Below are positions 37,755 to 48,421 of a stretch of 64,000 nt of DNA, one piece after another (position 1 is the first letter of the stretch; every line of letters begins with the position of its first letter). Both the position numbers and the translations under genes were made by a program. The stretch covers positions 9,089-73,088 of the forward strand of contig JABDBI010000001.1 in assembly GCA_013288705.1 (NCBI GenBank). Direction: 5' to 3'. This DNA comes from Methanobacteriota archaeon (GTDB lineage Bacteria; Myxococcota; UBA727; JABDBI01). The notes under the pieces were generated by a model that was given only the letters and a program-made list of their open reading frames with translations, ran no database searches and was not told where the DNA came from.

Positions 37755-39538
37755 AACGCGATGCCACCAAAGAACTGAAAGGTGTAAACGTTTCTCGCCG
37801 TGCCAAACCCTTGAAATGCCCTGGCGCCAATTCCGGGAAATGAGCCGCTTGGGTCCTGTAAATGGCTCAAGCCATCAAATGGAACCAATAGCCCATATTG
37901 CGCCATCAAGTAGAGGCCATCTTCACTCTGATAAAAAACAGTGGCGTCAAATTCAAGCCCGAGAACATTGCTGTTTCCAGTCGTTGAACCCGCAAAATTG
38001 GTAAACGAAGAGATAATTTCCCCTCGCACGCCTAGGTGATCTGTAAACATGTAACCAACATGCGGCCGGAAGTAGAATGCGTCGGATATTGTCCCCAATA
38101 TCTCTCGGAACAAGAGCAAGTCGACTTGGTAGTTTGGATTGAAGCGAAAGTTGGTAATCAAATTATCGCCAGCGCGCCCAAATTGCTGGCCGTCCGCGTC
38201 GCCATAGTTGGGGCTTTTGTTGATCCCGGGACGAATTCCGAAACCCGGCGCCGTGTCGCCGGATGCCCAGCCAAGATCGAGCCCTACCTCGAGGCGGTTT
38301 TGCAAGAATCCGTAGCGCGATTTAATTGCAGCGCCGCCCTGCACAAGCCATATCTGCTGGTCAATTGGAGCCCATGCTTGTTCATCCCATACCTGATCTT
38401 GGGCATTACCAATAAAACCAAAGATACCCGCTAGTTCTGCTTCGATGTGCAGCTTGTCCCATTGGACGCTGCCCCAGAGAGAACCGTATCCCGCTTGCGC
38501 ATTACGATCGTTTAGAACTTTGCCGATCCTATAATCATTATTCGCAACCTTCGTCTGAAATTTGTCTTTTAGCTGGAATCGATAAGAACCCATCACGCCG
38601 TAATTGACCACCGTGTTTCCATGTGCCAGCAGCGCTTTGATGTCCTTCTCTTTGTCCTTCTTGGCGATCGTAAGGTAAAATGAATAAACGTTGTCGGAAG
38701 GATCAAGGTCATATCTTTGACCATCTTCAACAGCCAAATAAGGCTGGCCATTGTCTCCGCCACTGCCCAAGCCACCACCACGCGCAACATCACCGACATA
38801 CCCGATGGAAAACGCTGGAATCACATAGTGCCCTAATACGCGCGACGCGAACAAAATACCGTCGATATTGTCCGTATAGTCATCGGTAATTTGGTTGCCG
38901 CCATTGAACAAAATGCCCAACCCAAAATGCAGTGGCATGCGACCAAAACGAAGCTCTCCCACCGGCGTCGAAACTTCACCCCATAGACGCTTTACGAGCA
39001 AAGATCCGTAAGGGTTGTTGATGCCAACCAGCGGCGGCAATTCTGTGTTCGAGAGGAATGCGAGAGGATAAGTTGGGCTAAATCGGTCATTCCCGGCTAA
39101 ATAAGCTGGCGTCGATCCCAAAACCAAATTATCAAACACATCTAGCGTGGCCTTGATGCGAATGTCCTCTGAAATATTCAGCGTCGGATCTACCCGCAGA
39201 CGCATGTTGCCCGAAAAAAGCACGTGGGAGCGCGCGGAGGAGGGAACATTGTTATCATTGTAGGCTAAATAGGATTCTGGCGGCGGGCACATCGAGGTCC
39301 CGCGACCAAGGGGGGCGCTGGGGATCAGCCCGGGTGGTATGAACGTGCTCAGATCACAGCCGTTCATCAGATTAAAACGCAAACGAAAATAACCATCAAG
39401 CTCGACGAAGTTGAGTTTGGGCTTTGTCTCCTGTTCCCATTCTTTTCCCTCCGCCAGCTGAGTCTCAGCCGCAGCGCCCATCGAGATAACAATCAAAGGC
39501 AAAAAAAATACGATGATCCGACGATAGACAAATTGCAT
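37751..39538 (-). CDS. TIGR04551-like outer-membrane beta-barrel protein
   Basis: Signal peptide, LDGYFRLR, NMRLRVDP, DVFDNLVLGSTP, GRMPLHFGLG, NFRFNPNY; terminal Phe. Confidence 0.75.
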   Translation of the reverse strand: MQFVYRRIIVFFLPLIVISMGAAAETQLAEGKEWEQETKPKLNFVELDGYFRLRFNLMNGCDLSTFIPPGLIPSAPLGRGTSMCPPPESYLAYNDNNVPSSARSHVLFSGNMRLRVDPTLNISEDIRIKATLDVFDNLVLGSTPAYLAGNDRFSPTYPLAFLSNTELPPLVGINNPYGSLLVKRLWGEVSTPVGELRFGRMPLHFGLGILFNGGNQITDDYTDNIDGILFASRVLGHYVIPAFSIGYVGDVARGGGLGSGGDNGQPYLAVEDGQRYDLDPSDNVYSFYLTIAKKDKEKDIKALLAHGNTVVNYGVMGSYRFQLKDKFQTKVANNDYRIGKVLNDRNAQAGYGSLWGSVQWDKLHIEAELAGIFGFIGNAQDQVWDEQAWAPIDQQIWLVQGGAAIKSRYGFLQNRLEVGLDLGWASGDTAPGFGIRPGINKSPNYGDADGQQFGRAGDNLITNFRFNPNYQVDLLLFREILGTISDAFYFRPHVGYMFTDHLGVRGEIISSFTNFAGSTTGNSNVLGLEFDATVFYQSEDGLYLMAQYGLLVPFDGLSHLQDPSGSFPGIGARAFQGFGTARNVYTFQFFGGIAF

Positions 39539-39555
39539 TATATCAACCTCAACAC

Positions 39556-39607
39556 TTCACAGATTGGCCTACATGCCGAAACCCTCTTCGTAAAGAGAGT
39601 CTGTGAA
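39556..39607. other. Predicted three-way-junction element between divergent genes
   Basis: TTCACAGATT/AGTCTGTGAA closing stem enclosing GGC-CTACAT-GCC and CTCTT-CGTA-AAGAG hairpins. Confidence 0.45.
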
Positions 39608-39700
39608 CGCAAGGTAAAGTGACTTTGTAGCGCAACAAACCTAAAAGGACGGCGAACATATAGCAACCAAAGCCAACTCCGCCAAAAGAGGAGCTCTCCC

Positions 39701-40387
39701 ATGTTGCGTGATCCACAGTTATTGCTTGCTTACCGAAACGGCAACTCAAAAGCCTTCGAAGCTCTTTTTGAGCGCTACGCCACACCACTTCGTCGTTTCC
39801 TGCAAGGCGGATTTAGTTTTTCAAGCCAGGGAAAACTCTGCCGTTTTCGCGGTGCGGACTCCGGCATGGACGTCGATGGCTTGGTGCAAGAAACATTCGC
39901 TCGTGCATTTGCCAAAACCACGCGTGAAAATTACGACGGCGTGAGACCCTTCCAAACCTACTTGTTTTCCATTGCAAAAAATCTGGTGCTGCGCGAGTGC
40001 CACTACCGAGAACGTTTGGTTTCCACCGATTACGTCGAGGAAAATGGCAACGATAAATCTGCTTTTTCTGGAACAACCGAGAGTCACATTGGCGAGAGCC
40101 CCGAGCGCAGAGCATCTAATAAGCAACTGCAACAGATTACCCAAGGGTTCATCGACACGCTCAATGCAGAAGAAAAAGTCTTTTTTTCCGTTCGCTTCGC
40201 CAAAGGCCTCACCCAAGAAGCCACAGCAGAACGCATGAGCACAACCCGTGCACGCATAAAACTCTTAGAGAAAAACGTCCGACGCAGGTTTTTAGATGCG
40301 CTGCGCACCAGTGGCTACTTTTGCGACTACGTACCGAACCCACGCTGGAAGAGGCAAGCTCAGGACCTCAAAGTGGCGCACGGCTAG
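39701..40387 (+). CDS. ECF-type RNA polymerase sigma factor
   Basis: AFEALFERY, D-LVQETFARAF, YLFSIAKN (region 2), C-terminal region-4 HTH; GAGGAG RBS. Confidence 0.85.
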   Translation: MLRDPQLLLAYRNGNSKAFEALFERYATPLRRFLQGGFSFSSQGKLCRFRGADSGMDVDGLVQETFARAFAKTTRENYDGVRPFQTYLFSIAKNLVLRECHYRERLVSTDYVEENGNDKSAFSGTTESHIGESPERRASNKQLQQITQGFIDTLNAEEKVFFSVRFAKGLTQEATAERMSTTRARIKLLEKNVRRRFLDALRTSGYFCDYVPNPRWKRQAQDLKVAHG

Positions 40388-40416
40388 AATGGTCCACATT
40401 GCTTTTCACTGGTGCC

Positions 40417-40872
40417 ATGTTAAACGTATTCACGATGCAAAAAATGGCGCCAGATTGGAAAGCAAAATGCTGGGAGTGGTCCCTGCGCTATGGTCCCGCC
40501 GAGATCTGCGGAACTATAACGGCTTATTTGGGCTTCTTTGCTGTTAACAGCCTTTTTGAACAGACAGTTATTTCAGCGTTTGGTGGCGCACTCTGCGAAA
40601 ATCTCGGCTACTATCTTATGATCTGGTGGATGAGACGAAAGACATCAGCGCAAACAACGACTCGCCTTTGCATCGAAATTCTAACCGAATTTGGCCCTAG
40701 TGAAATTCTCGACAGCTTTTTGATGCGCCCGCTTTGCTTAGCACTTGGTGCGCATTGGTTTGGACCTGGCCTTGGCGTCCTGTTTGGCAAATTAGCTGGG
40801 GATGTGTTATTCTATATTCCAGTAATTGCTACCTACGAGTTTCGAAAAAGAAAGCGCGCTGCAGCCTCATGA
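40417..40872 (+). CDS. Hypothetical membrane protein
   Basis: Internally repeated RYGPAEI/EFGPSEI units with TM segments. Start uncertain. Confidence 0.6.
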   Translation: MLNVFTMQKMAPDWKAKCWEWSLRYGPAEICGTITAYLGFFAVNSLFEQTVISAFGGALCENLGYYLMIWWMRRKTSAQTTTRLCIEILTEFGPSEILDSFLMRPLCLALGAHWFGPGLGVLFGKLAGDVLFYIPVIATYEFRKRKRAAAS

Positions 40873-41834
40873 AAACTCACACGCAGGTGCTTAATTCCGG
40901 TCTTCTTGCCGCCATTTTGGTAGCGATTGGACAGTAAAATATAGACAGCCTGGCTTTGTGGATCAAGCCACAGCGACGTCCCTGTAAACCCAAGGTGCCC
41001 CACACTGCGCGGGGAAAGCGCATTGCCAGTGGAACCTCCGATTGAGACTCGGTCAAAGCCAAGGGGACGCTTTCCGTTGTGCGTCGCAAATTGTCGCACC
41101 AGGCCCGGCAAGCCCTGTTCGTTGCCACAGATTGCATCAAGAAAAAAACGCGCGGCGCTCTCGACGTCCTTTGCGCAGCCAAATAGGCCCGCATGCCCAG
41201 AGACGCCACCCATTGCATAACAGTTTGCGTCATTGACATCGCCACGTAAAACTCTCTTGCGCCAAGGGCAGTAGTCTGTTGGCGCTACAAGCAACGGATC
41301 TGGATGAAAGGTCAGCGCTGTATTGCCATAGTGACGTTGAGCAACGTCGATAAATAGGACATCGAGCTTGTTGCCCAAACGATTTTGCAGCAGATCACCT
41401 AGCGCGATGAAGCCAAGATCAGAATAAACAACCTGCACGCCAGGCAAATTCGTTGGCTTTGTCGCCAATACCTGCGCCAGCACATCGTGCGGCGTGCGGC
41501 GGTAGAAGGGCGCCCAGGCGGGCAACCCCGACGTATGTTCTAGCACGTGCAGCACACTCACGCCCGGCCAACTAGGCCATGGCTTCTCTAAAATATCCAG
41601 CTTACCCAATTGGATCGCATGACAAGTTAAGAGTGTGGTGCATAGAACTTTGGTCAACGATGCAAGATCGTAGATCGTTTCGTCTGAAACAGCCTCTTGT
41701 GCACCATAGCCAAGTGTTCCCTTGACCAAGCGCAGAGCTTGCTCCTCAGCACCTGCCACGAAGATGTTTGCAGCCAATCCCGGCGTGACGCGCTCTTCCA
41801 CAGCGCGTTGCAAAATCTGCTCTACTTCAACCAT
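40833..41834 (-). CDS. Serine hydrolase, beta-lactamase class C-like
   Basis: SLTK (SxxK), YSD, GHAGLF, GHLGFTG. Confidence 0.9.
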   Translation of the reverse strand: MVEVEQILQRAVEERVTPGLAANIFVAGAEEQALRLVKGTLGYGAQEAVSDETIYDLASLTKVLCTTLLTCHAIQLGKLDILEKPWPSWPGVSVLHVLEHTSGLPAWAPFYRRTPHDVLAQVLATKPTNLPGVQVVYSDLGFIALGDLLQNRLGNKLDVLFIDVAQRHYGNTALTFHPDPLLVAPTDYCPWRKRVLRGDVNDANCYAMGGVSGHAGLFGCAKDVESAARFFLDAICGNEQGLPGLVRQFATHNGKRPLGFDRVSIGGSTGNALSPRSVGHLGFTGTSLWLDPQSQAVYILLSNRYQNGGKKTGIKHLRVSFHEAAARFLFRNS

Positions 41835-42717
41835 AAATCTCTTCGCACACCTGCAACTGCGCCTCGTCTTCTTCAATTGTCAAACGCACTAAAGCACCAA
41901 AGGGAACCGCAAAATTGGGAGATTCATGCCCAACTGGCATGCCACTGAACACAGGCAGACCAAACGACGACAGGCGCTCCACACACACATCCATGGGCTT
42001 ATCTGAATCGTGCTCCTGGCAGCGTGTCAAATGACCCACAATCACAGCCTTGACGCCATTCAACGCCTTGCTGTGATAAAGCTGCGTGAGCATGCGATCA
42101 ATACGGTAGGGCCGCTCTCCGACTTCCTCGATCAGCAGAATACAGCCTTCCAAGTTCGGCATCGACGATGTGCCAATCAGGTGTGTCAAAACACAAAGAT
42201 TCATAGCCACCAGGGGACCCATAAATTCGCTAGGAGCATGAGGTGGAACCAAATTTACGTGCAGGCGAGGGTACACAATCTCTTTTGCTCTCCCCGCAAT
42301 AATTTTTTGCAGCACCGCAAACGAGGCCTCTGGCTCAGCGCTGAGACTGATGACACCCGGCCCGTGAATGCTCTTTAAACCATGTTGCCGCCACAGTTGC
42401 GCAAGCAATGCGCTTGCATCGGAAAAGCCGATAATAATTGGCAACGTCGCTGAAGAGCAGCGTAACTGCGGCAAGATGCGCGTCAATCCGTAGCCACCTC
42501 GAATCAGCCAAACGATATCATCCTTTTGTGAAAGGGCTTTTTGCAGCTCCTCGAGGCGAACGGCATCAGACCCATTCAAATAGGCAGGCTCAGAAGCCCG
42601 CAAAGGTGAGCGGCTTACAATTTCATATCCGGCTGATTCCAAACGTTTAATTCCCTCTTCACAGGCTTTCATGGAAAACCCACTAGAGGGGGCAATGAGG
42701 TGTACTTTTTTCTTCAT
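41827..42717 (-). CDS. LD-carboxypeptidase (S66)
   Basis: IAPSS, RGGYG, GFSD, EEVGE-PYRIDRML, GH. Confidence 0.92.
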   Translation of the reverse strand: MKKKVHLIAPSSGFSMKACEEGIKRLESAGYEIVSRSPLRASEPAYLNGSDAVRLEELQKALSQKDDIVWLIRGGYGLTRILPQLRCSSATLPIIIGFSDASALLAQLWRQHGLKSIHGPGVISLSAEPEASFAVLQKIIAGRAKEIVYPRLHVNLVPPHAPSEFMGPLVAMNLCVLTHLIGTSSMPNLEGCILLIEEVGERPYRIDRMLTQLYHSKALNGVKAVIVGHLTRCQEHDSDKPMDVCVERLSSFGLPVFSGMPVGHESPNFAVPFGALVRLTIEEDEAQLQVCEEIYG

Positions 42718-42755
42718 TTTGCGCTTACCGGTCCGAGTCGTTAAATAATCATATC

Positions 42756-42956
42756 ATGAAGTTCACGGACGCCAAGCTGCGGGGACTGCTGCAAACCACT
42801 TTCGGGGATCTGATCACGTCTGTCTTCGATAGTGCATATGAAGAGTTTGCCGACGTTTTTGTAGCCCGCAGGATTGCCGCCCGCATGCTGCTGCGCAAAT
42901 TGCGTCGGCAAGAAAAACATCCTGAGAGTGTTGCCTACTGGGCAAAGCATGTCTAA
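42756..42956 (+). CDS. Small hypothetical protein
   Basis: 66-aa ORF filling the gap divergent from the LD-carboxypeptidase gene; amphipathic helical pattern. Confidence 0.45.
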   Translation: MKFTDAKLRGLLQTTFGDLITSVFDSAYEEFADVFVARRIAARMLLRKLRRQEKHPESVAYWAKHV

Positions 42957-43434
42957 AAGTTCAACTTGCCAAATTGATTTTGTCTCGGATAACTTATTTA
43001 TGACGCAAATACGAATTGTCAAAAACAGTGTTCCCGCACATGCACCTCAGCAGGCAGAGTTGCAAACGCCTGCTGTTGCACTTAGCACCGTTATCGATCA
43101 TTTTGAGGCAGCAGACCAAAATAACTTGGCTACACAACAAAGGGGGGCACGAGCATCCCTCAATTGCGAGCCAGACCTGCAAACAGTGTTTTCCCTCTTC
43201 CTCGAAGAGAGAAGGAACAAGCCGAAGTCCTTTGTACTACGGCAAGCGCGCCAAGGGCCATCAATTGAAACCAAGAGCAATTGGTGGCAAGGGCTTGAAA
43301 ACCGAGAACATTTGGCTCGACGAGCCAAGGGAGTTGTCGAGAACAAGCCTCTCAACACTCAGCTTTATAATTTGTTGTCTCTGATCGGCGGCAACGATCA
43401 GATTCACCAAAAGCTGGTCATTCAGCTCCCTTGA
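42949..43434 (+). CDS. Hypothetical protein
   Basis: Longest ORF in the interval; ATG 42949 overlaps the upstream stop (alternative ATG 43000). Confidence 0.45.
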   Translation: MSKSSTCQIDFVSDNLFMTQIRIVKNSVPAHAPQQAELQTPAVALSTVIDHFEAADQNNLATQQRGARASLNCEPDLQTVFSLFLEERRNKPKSFVLRQARQGPSIETKSNWWQGLENREHLARRAKGVVENKPLNTQLYNLLSLIGGNDQIHQKLVIQLP

Positions 43435-43837
43435 TTTCGCTAAAGCCGTTTGGATTGAGCAGCTCAAAGCTATCATCACCCGCATGAGTCGCATATACCA
43501 TAACCTTCTGTGAACCTCTCATGCGGTCTCTTTGCCCGGTATTCCCTGTCCACCCACCTTTGGGGAACTTACGCCAGTAGCCAACTCTGACCTCGCTACC
43601 TGTCATTAGAAAGTCTCCCTTCATAAGCATAGTCACCTTCACTCTGGCGCTATGAACTGTATCGGTTCCACCTCTAGATTGCACCTCCCGGCTGGTGTCC
43701 GAAATCACTTGCCCCGCGAATATGTGGGTAGACATGCTCCAACGTTGCTCTTCTGTGAGCGGCGGCACTGCGGCATGCCCCATGGCGGCAAAGATCATGG
43801 CGCCGATGGGCAACATGAACAGATATCTTTTCAGCAT
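43418..43837 (-). CDS. Secreted hypothetical protein (OB/TIMP-like pattern)
   Basis: AGGAG RBS, signal peptide ending GHA, STHIFAGQV…KG pattern. Confidence 0.65.
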   Translation of the reverse strand: MLKRYLFMLPIGAMIFAAMGHAAVPPLTEEQRWSMSTHIFAGQVISDTSREVQSRGGTDTVHSARVKVTMLMKGDFLMTGSEVRVGYWRKFPKGGWTGNTGQRDRMRGSQKVMVYATHAGDDSFELLNPNGFSEIKGAE

Positions 43838-43872
43838 ATATTCTCCTAGGTATAATCGCCTGTCCAAACGAT

Positions 43873-44559
43873 ATGCAGCACACAAACATTCCAGCACTCG
43901 TCGAAAAGGACGTCCATTTATGGCTTATTCCACTCGAGCGAAAGCACTCGTTTGTCGATGGTCTCGCAAAACTACTTGATGATGAAGAAACAGCGCGCGT
44001 CGAGAAATTTCGATCCGAGCAGCTCAGGCGTCGTTTTATTGTCAGCCATGGGAGGTTGAGAGAAATTTTAGGAGTTTACGCCGATAAATCACCCAAATGG
44101 CTCTCTTTCACATACCAAAACGGCAAGCCCTCTTTGAAAGACTGCAAATTTGAATTTAACCTTTCCCATTCACACGAAATGGCTGCGCTCGCGATCACGC
44201 GTGGGATTCCGATTGGTATCGACATTGAAAAAGTGCGCCCGATTCCAAACTATTTGGAAATCGCTCAACGTTTCTTTACCGAAGATGAAGTGCGCAAATT
44301 GCGTAACTCGCCAGCGACAGATCAGCTCAGAACTTTTTTTCTGGTGTGGACGCACAAAGAAGCTCGCGCCAAGGCAACTGGCGAGGGGCTCTTCTCAAGC
44401 AGCGAGAGGCATACGGCAGATGAAAAGCCCAAACTGATTCATACTTTTTGCCAAGCTGATTATGTCGGTGCTATCTGCATCGATCAGCATTCATTTGCCA
44501 ATGCAAAACCGACTGAAGATCAGGTTGAGGACATCCTCGTTCAAACTTTTACCCAATAA
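43873..44559 (+). CDS. Sfp-type 4'-phosphopantetheinyl transferase
   Basis: FNLSHS, IGIDIE, WTHKEA-AKATGEG. Confidence 0.92.
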   Translation: MQHTNIPALVEKDVHLWLIPLERKHSFVDGLAKLLDDEETARVEKFRSEQLRRRFIVSHGRLREILGVYADKSPKWLSFTYQNGKPSLKDCKFEFNLSHSHEMAALAITRGIPIGIDIEKVRPIPNYLEIAQRFFTEDEVRKLRNSPATDQLRTFFLVWTHKEARAKATGEGLFSSSERHTADEKPKLIHTFCQADYVGAICIDQHSFANAKPTEDQVEDILVQTFTQ

Positions 44560-45831
44560 GCGATCCAGTGCTTTCCCAGCCTGGCGAAGTTCAGAGGCGA
44601 CAATTTCATCTACCTGCTCTTCGATCAGCGCTTGGCTTGCGGCAATAAGTGCCTTTGTGGTGAGCTCCACTTCTTCTTTCTGCCGAACCCTCGTGAGCAA
44701 CACTTCACTCGCTTCCGGTATATGTGCAGCGAGAAGATTTGCCACTTTCCCAATAAGCCTATCGAGACCGTAACCGGTTTTCGCCGAGATCCACAAAGTA
44801 GCCCCACCTGTGTCTGCTCGCATGTGAAGATCTGCTTTCGTAAGGACCTCGAGAATTGGAACCTGCAATGCAGCCATCTCAGGACTTAGATCATCCATGG
44901 CATCACTGCTCCTAAGCCAGATGACTGCGTCAGCGCGCAGAAGTTCTTTTCGAGCGCGTGCAATTCCCATCGCCTCAACTGGATCGATATTCTCTGCCTC
45001 CCGCACACCCGCAACATCAACCAGGGTGACGGGAATGCCCCGCACAAGCCATGTGCTCTCTAGCACATCGCGGGTTGTTCCAGGTGCGTCGTGTACGAGT
45101 GCGCGCTCTTCTCCGAGCAGCGCATTTAGCAATGTTGATTTGCCGACATTCGGTTTGCCGAATAAAACCACACGTGCGCCTTGCGTAAGCCGTTCACCAA
45201 ACTGGGCACCGCGCAGGAGCTTTTCGAGCTGAGCGACATCTTCTGCTAATTTTTTTGCTAGTCTTCGCCGGTCTGCGTTCCCCAGATCTTCATCAGGAAA
45301 GTCGAGGCGCGCCTCAATTTCACATAAGACATCCACAATATTTGTGCGGATAGGATCCAGATATGCAGCGAGGCCGCCCTTGAGCGAGCGGAGGGCAATT
45401 TGCGCAGCCTCTTCAGAGCGCGCTCCAATCAGATCACACACAGCATCAGCCTGGCACAGATCAATTTTGCCAGTAAGCACTGCTCGCATGGAAAACTCGC
45501 CGGGCTCTGCCGCGCGACATCCACTTTCTTGCAAAAGCCGCAGCACACTCTTCACAATCACTGGGCTGCCGTGCAAAAATAATTCAAACGCATTTTCGCC
45601 GGTGTAGCTCTTACCCTCTGGGTAGGCCACGCAAATCGCCTCATCGATCAACTCTCGGCCTTTTATATCGCCCAGCATCGCGACAAATAGATTTTGTTCT
45701 TTTCGCTTTGGAAAAAAAATCTGCTCTTTGACCGCGAGCGCATTCTGACCACTCACGCGCACAACAGCAATGGCACTTGCCATCGGTGGCGTGGCGAGGG
45801 CAAAAATAGTATCTCTGCGCAATACATCCAT
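44491..45831 (-). CDS. mnmE: tRNA modification GTPase
   Basis: DTIFALATP, GKPNVGKS, GTTRD, C-terminal FCIGK. Confidence 0.97.
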   Translation of the reverse strand: MDVLRRDTIFALATPPMASAIAVVRVSGQNALAVKEQIFFPKRKEQNLFVAMLGDIKGRELIDEAICVAYPEGKSYTGENAFELFLHGSPVIVKSVLRLLQESGCRAAEPGEFSMRAVLTGKIDLCQADAVCDLIGARSEEAAQIALRSLKGGLAAYLDPIRTNIVDVLCEIEARLDFPDEDLGNADRRRLAKKLAEDVAQLEKLLRGAQFGERLTQGARVVLFGKPNVGKSTLLNALLGEERALVHDAPGTTRDVLESTWLVRGIPVTLVDVAGVREAENIDPVEAMGIARARKELLRADAVIWLRSSDAMDDLSPEMAALQVPILEVLTKADLHMRADTGGATLWISAKTGYGLDRLIGKVANLLAAHIPEASEVLLTRVRQKEEVELTTKALIAASQALIEEQVDEIVASELRQAGKALDRLLGKSLNEDVLNLIFSRFCIGK

Positions 45832-45833
45832 GG

Positions 45834-47726
45834 CTAATCTTTCCGCAGCGCAATTGCCAGCAAACTGACAGCAGCGGGTGTGATGCCACTAATGCGTGAG
45901 GCCTGCCCAAGTGTCCTTGGGCGAATGCTGCGTAATTTTTCAAAGACCTCGTTGCTCATTCCCGGAAGTCTTTGCGCAAACAGGTGCTCAGGAATTACGA
46001 CTTCATCCATTTCGCCTTGTCTTTCAATGGCGCGATTTGCCCGATCGATGTAGCCCTCGTATTTGCTTTCTACCGCGGCGCGAAACCGAACACGCGCATC
46101 ATCATGGGGAATGCCGCCAGCAGCTTCCTCAATAGATGCGATGGTTTCTGGACCGATTTCAGGTCTCTTGAGCAAACTCAAAAGCGTGGTTGGTTCCTCC
46201 AATTGAGATGAACCAATCTGCGACAAGAGTGCTTGAACGCCGTCACTAATGGTTACCTTGGTGCTCTTTAGACGCTGGATTTCAAAACCTACGGCTTGCT
46301 CAAATGCCTTCATTCGTCCATGCCGATCAGCATCGAGAAGGCCACTCTGCAAACCAATGTCAGCGAGCCGCTGATAAACATTGTCCTCCCGCAAAACAAG
46401 CCTGTGCTCGGCACGCGAAGTGAACATGCGATATGGCTCTTCCGTGCCAAGCGTGACAAGATCATCGATCAACACGCCAATGTAAGCCAGATGACGCGGT
46501 AATATGATGGGCTCTTTGCCGAGTAGGGACATTGCAGCGTTGAGACCGGCGATCATCCCTTGAGCTGCAGCCTCTTCATAACCAGTTGTACCGTTGATCT
46601 GCCCAGCACAGTAAAGTCCTTTCACATCTTTGACCTCAAGCGAAGGAGAAAGTTGCGTCGGCTTCACGAAGTCATATTCAACCGCGTAGCCCCATCGCGT
46701 CACTTCCACCTCTTCAAGTCCGGGAATGGTACGCAAAAATGCCAGCTGAACGTGAGGAGGCAGCGACGTTGAAAGCCCGTTTGGATAAATTTCGTAGCTA
46801 TCGAGGCCATGCGGCTCGAGAAAAATCAGATGGCTCTCTTTCTCTGCAAAGCGCGTCACCTTGTCTTCTATGCTTGGGCAATAGCGTGGCCCCGTGCCAC
46901 CGATTTGGCCGTTGTAGATCGGCGCCATTCCATCAGCAACTGCACCAGAAATGACATCGTGAGTAGTCTTATTCGTATACGTGATATGGCAAGAAACTTG
47001 AGGCAGAGGCGGGACCGTGCTGTCAAAAGAAAAAAGAGGCGCAGGCAACTGAGGTGGCTGCCCCTCGAGCAAGTCAAGTGCAATCGTGCGCCCATCAAGG
47101 CGAGGACACGTTCCAGTCTTAAGGCGCCCAAGCTCAAGGCCAAGAGACTGCAAAGACTGCGAAAGTCCTGCGGAAGGCGCTTCACCCACTCTCCCACCTG
47201 GCGTCTTCTGTGCACCCTGGTGTAGCTGCCCCCCCAAAAATGTTCCCGTCGTTAAAATAACTCTACGCGCGAGAATTTCTCCGGAAAGACGCGTTTTAAT
47301 TCCACGCATATTTTTATCGTCGTCAAACAGCAACCCTACGACGTCATCTTGGCGCACACGCAATCCCGGCGTGCCAAGCACAACCTGGGTCATGGCTTGA
47401 CGGTAACGCTCCATATCGCTCTGGCATCGCGTGGCCTGCACGGCTGGTCCGCGAGAAGAATTCAGTGTGCGAAAATGAATGCCGGTCGCATCGGCGATTT
47501 TGGGCATTTCACCGCCCAGTGCGTCCATTTCTTTAACTAAATGTCCTTTGCCCACTCCGCCAATCGCTGGGTTACAGCTCATAGCCGCGATACGATCGAT
47601 GGATCCAGTCACGAGAAGCGTTTGCAAGCCGAGGCGCGCGCAGCATAGCGCCGCTTCGCAGCCAGCATGGCCTCCTCCGACAATCACAACATCATACATC
47701 AAACTTTTGAGTAACCCAGCATTCAT
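45834..47726 (-). CDS. mnmG: tRNA uridine 5-carboxymethylaminomethyl modification enzyme
   Basis: [46 protein letters not shown]. Confidence 0.98.
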   Translation of the reverse strand: MNAGLLKSLMYDVVIVGGGHAGCEAALCCARLGLQTLLVTGSIDRIAAMSCNPAIGGVGKGHLVKEMDALGGEMPKIADATGIHFRTLNSSRGPAVQATRCQSDMERYRQAMTQVVLGTPGLRVRQDDVVGLLFDDDKNMRGIKTRLSGEILARRVILTTGTFLGGQLHQGAQKTPGGRVGEAPSAGLSQSLQSLGLELGRLKTGTCPRLDGRTIALDLLEGQPPQLPAPLFSFDSTVPPLPQVSCHITYTNKTTHDVISGAVADGMAPIYNGQIGGTGPRYCPSIEDKVTRFAEKESHLIFLEPHGLDSYEIYPNGLSTSLPPHVQLAFLRTIPGLEEVEVTRWGYAVEYDFVKPTQLSPSLEVKDVKGLYCAGQINGTTGYEEAAAQGMIAGLNAAMSLLGKEPIILPRHLAYIGVLIDDLVTLGTEEPYRMFTSRAEHRLVLREDNVYQRLADIGLQSGLLDADRHGRMKAFEQAVGFEIQRLKSTKVTISDGVQALLSQIGSSQLEEPTTLLSLLKRPEIGPETIASIEEAAGGIPHDDARVRFRAAVESKYEGYIDRANRAIERQGEMDEVVIPEHLFAQRLPGMSNEVFEKLRSIRPRTLGQASRISGITPAAVSLLAIALRKD

Positions 47727-47833
47727 ACAATACTTTTACGGTCTTTTTTTCTCTGCGCAAGGGCCCTGCTCGATGATCGCGGGAGGATTTATGGCTTCTG
47801 GTGGGTTATCCATGCTGCGCAGGAGATAAATCG

Positions 47834-48421
47834 ATGCGAAAAACTTGCAAGAGTTATGCTTGTCAGCTCGTTGTTGCCTCAGCATTGCTCTTTTTCTCGA
47901 ACGCGGTAAATGCGCAGCATTTCGGCAAACAAGTGTTTCGCGTACCTGTTGTCGGCTGGCTTTTAGCCAATTCTTCTCTGCCCTTTTTAAGCAACGGCTC
48001 GCCGCAGATCAAACTAAACGACGAGTTTTTAACAGGTCTTGGTTACAGTTTTTCCGTTTACGACTACAAACTATGGATCACCACCGAGTTTGATGTTGGC
48101 TTTGGCACCCTCGCGCCTGATAACAGCAGAGTGGTCAGCATCAATGCATCGACAGGGCTAAGATATAACTTTCTGGACCAAAAAATTCGACCCTTCGTCG
48201 GCCTCACGTTCGAGTATTTTCAGGCGTTTACGTCGAGCAATAGTTTTAATGGCTACCAGCTGCCAGCATCCTTTGGGTTTCGGCCAAATGGAGGTTTGGA
48301 ATGGATTTTCGCCAGCGAAATGAGTTTTCAGGCAGAGCTCGGCTTCTTGGTTCTGTTCAATCTAGATGGTCTTGATCAGCAAGCGGGTAGTCTGCGTATA
48401 TCTTACAATCTATATTATTAA
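47834..48421 (+). CDS. Outer-membrane beta-barrel protein
   Basis: AGGAG RBS, signal peptide ending VNA, GLRYNF…RPFVG, GGLEW; terminal YNLYY. Confidence 0.7.
   Translation: MRKTCKSYACQLVVASALLFFSNAVNAQHFGKQVFRVPVVGWLLANSSLPFLSNGSPQIKLNDEFLTGLGYSFSVYDYKLWITTEFDVGFGTLAPDNSRVVSINASTGLRYNFLDQKIRPFVGLTFEYFQAFTSSNSFNGYQLPASFGFRPNGGLEWIFASEMSFQAELGFLVLFNLDGLDQQAGSLRISYNLYY

Noticed and set aside
47727-47833. Possible oriC near mnmG/mnmE
   Set aside because: Only one degenerate DnaA-box-like sequence (TTATCCATG), a short intergenic region, and no dnaA, rsmG or parAB nearby.
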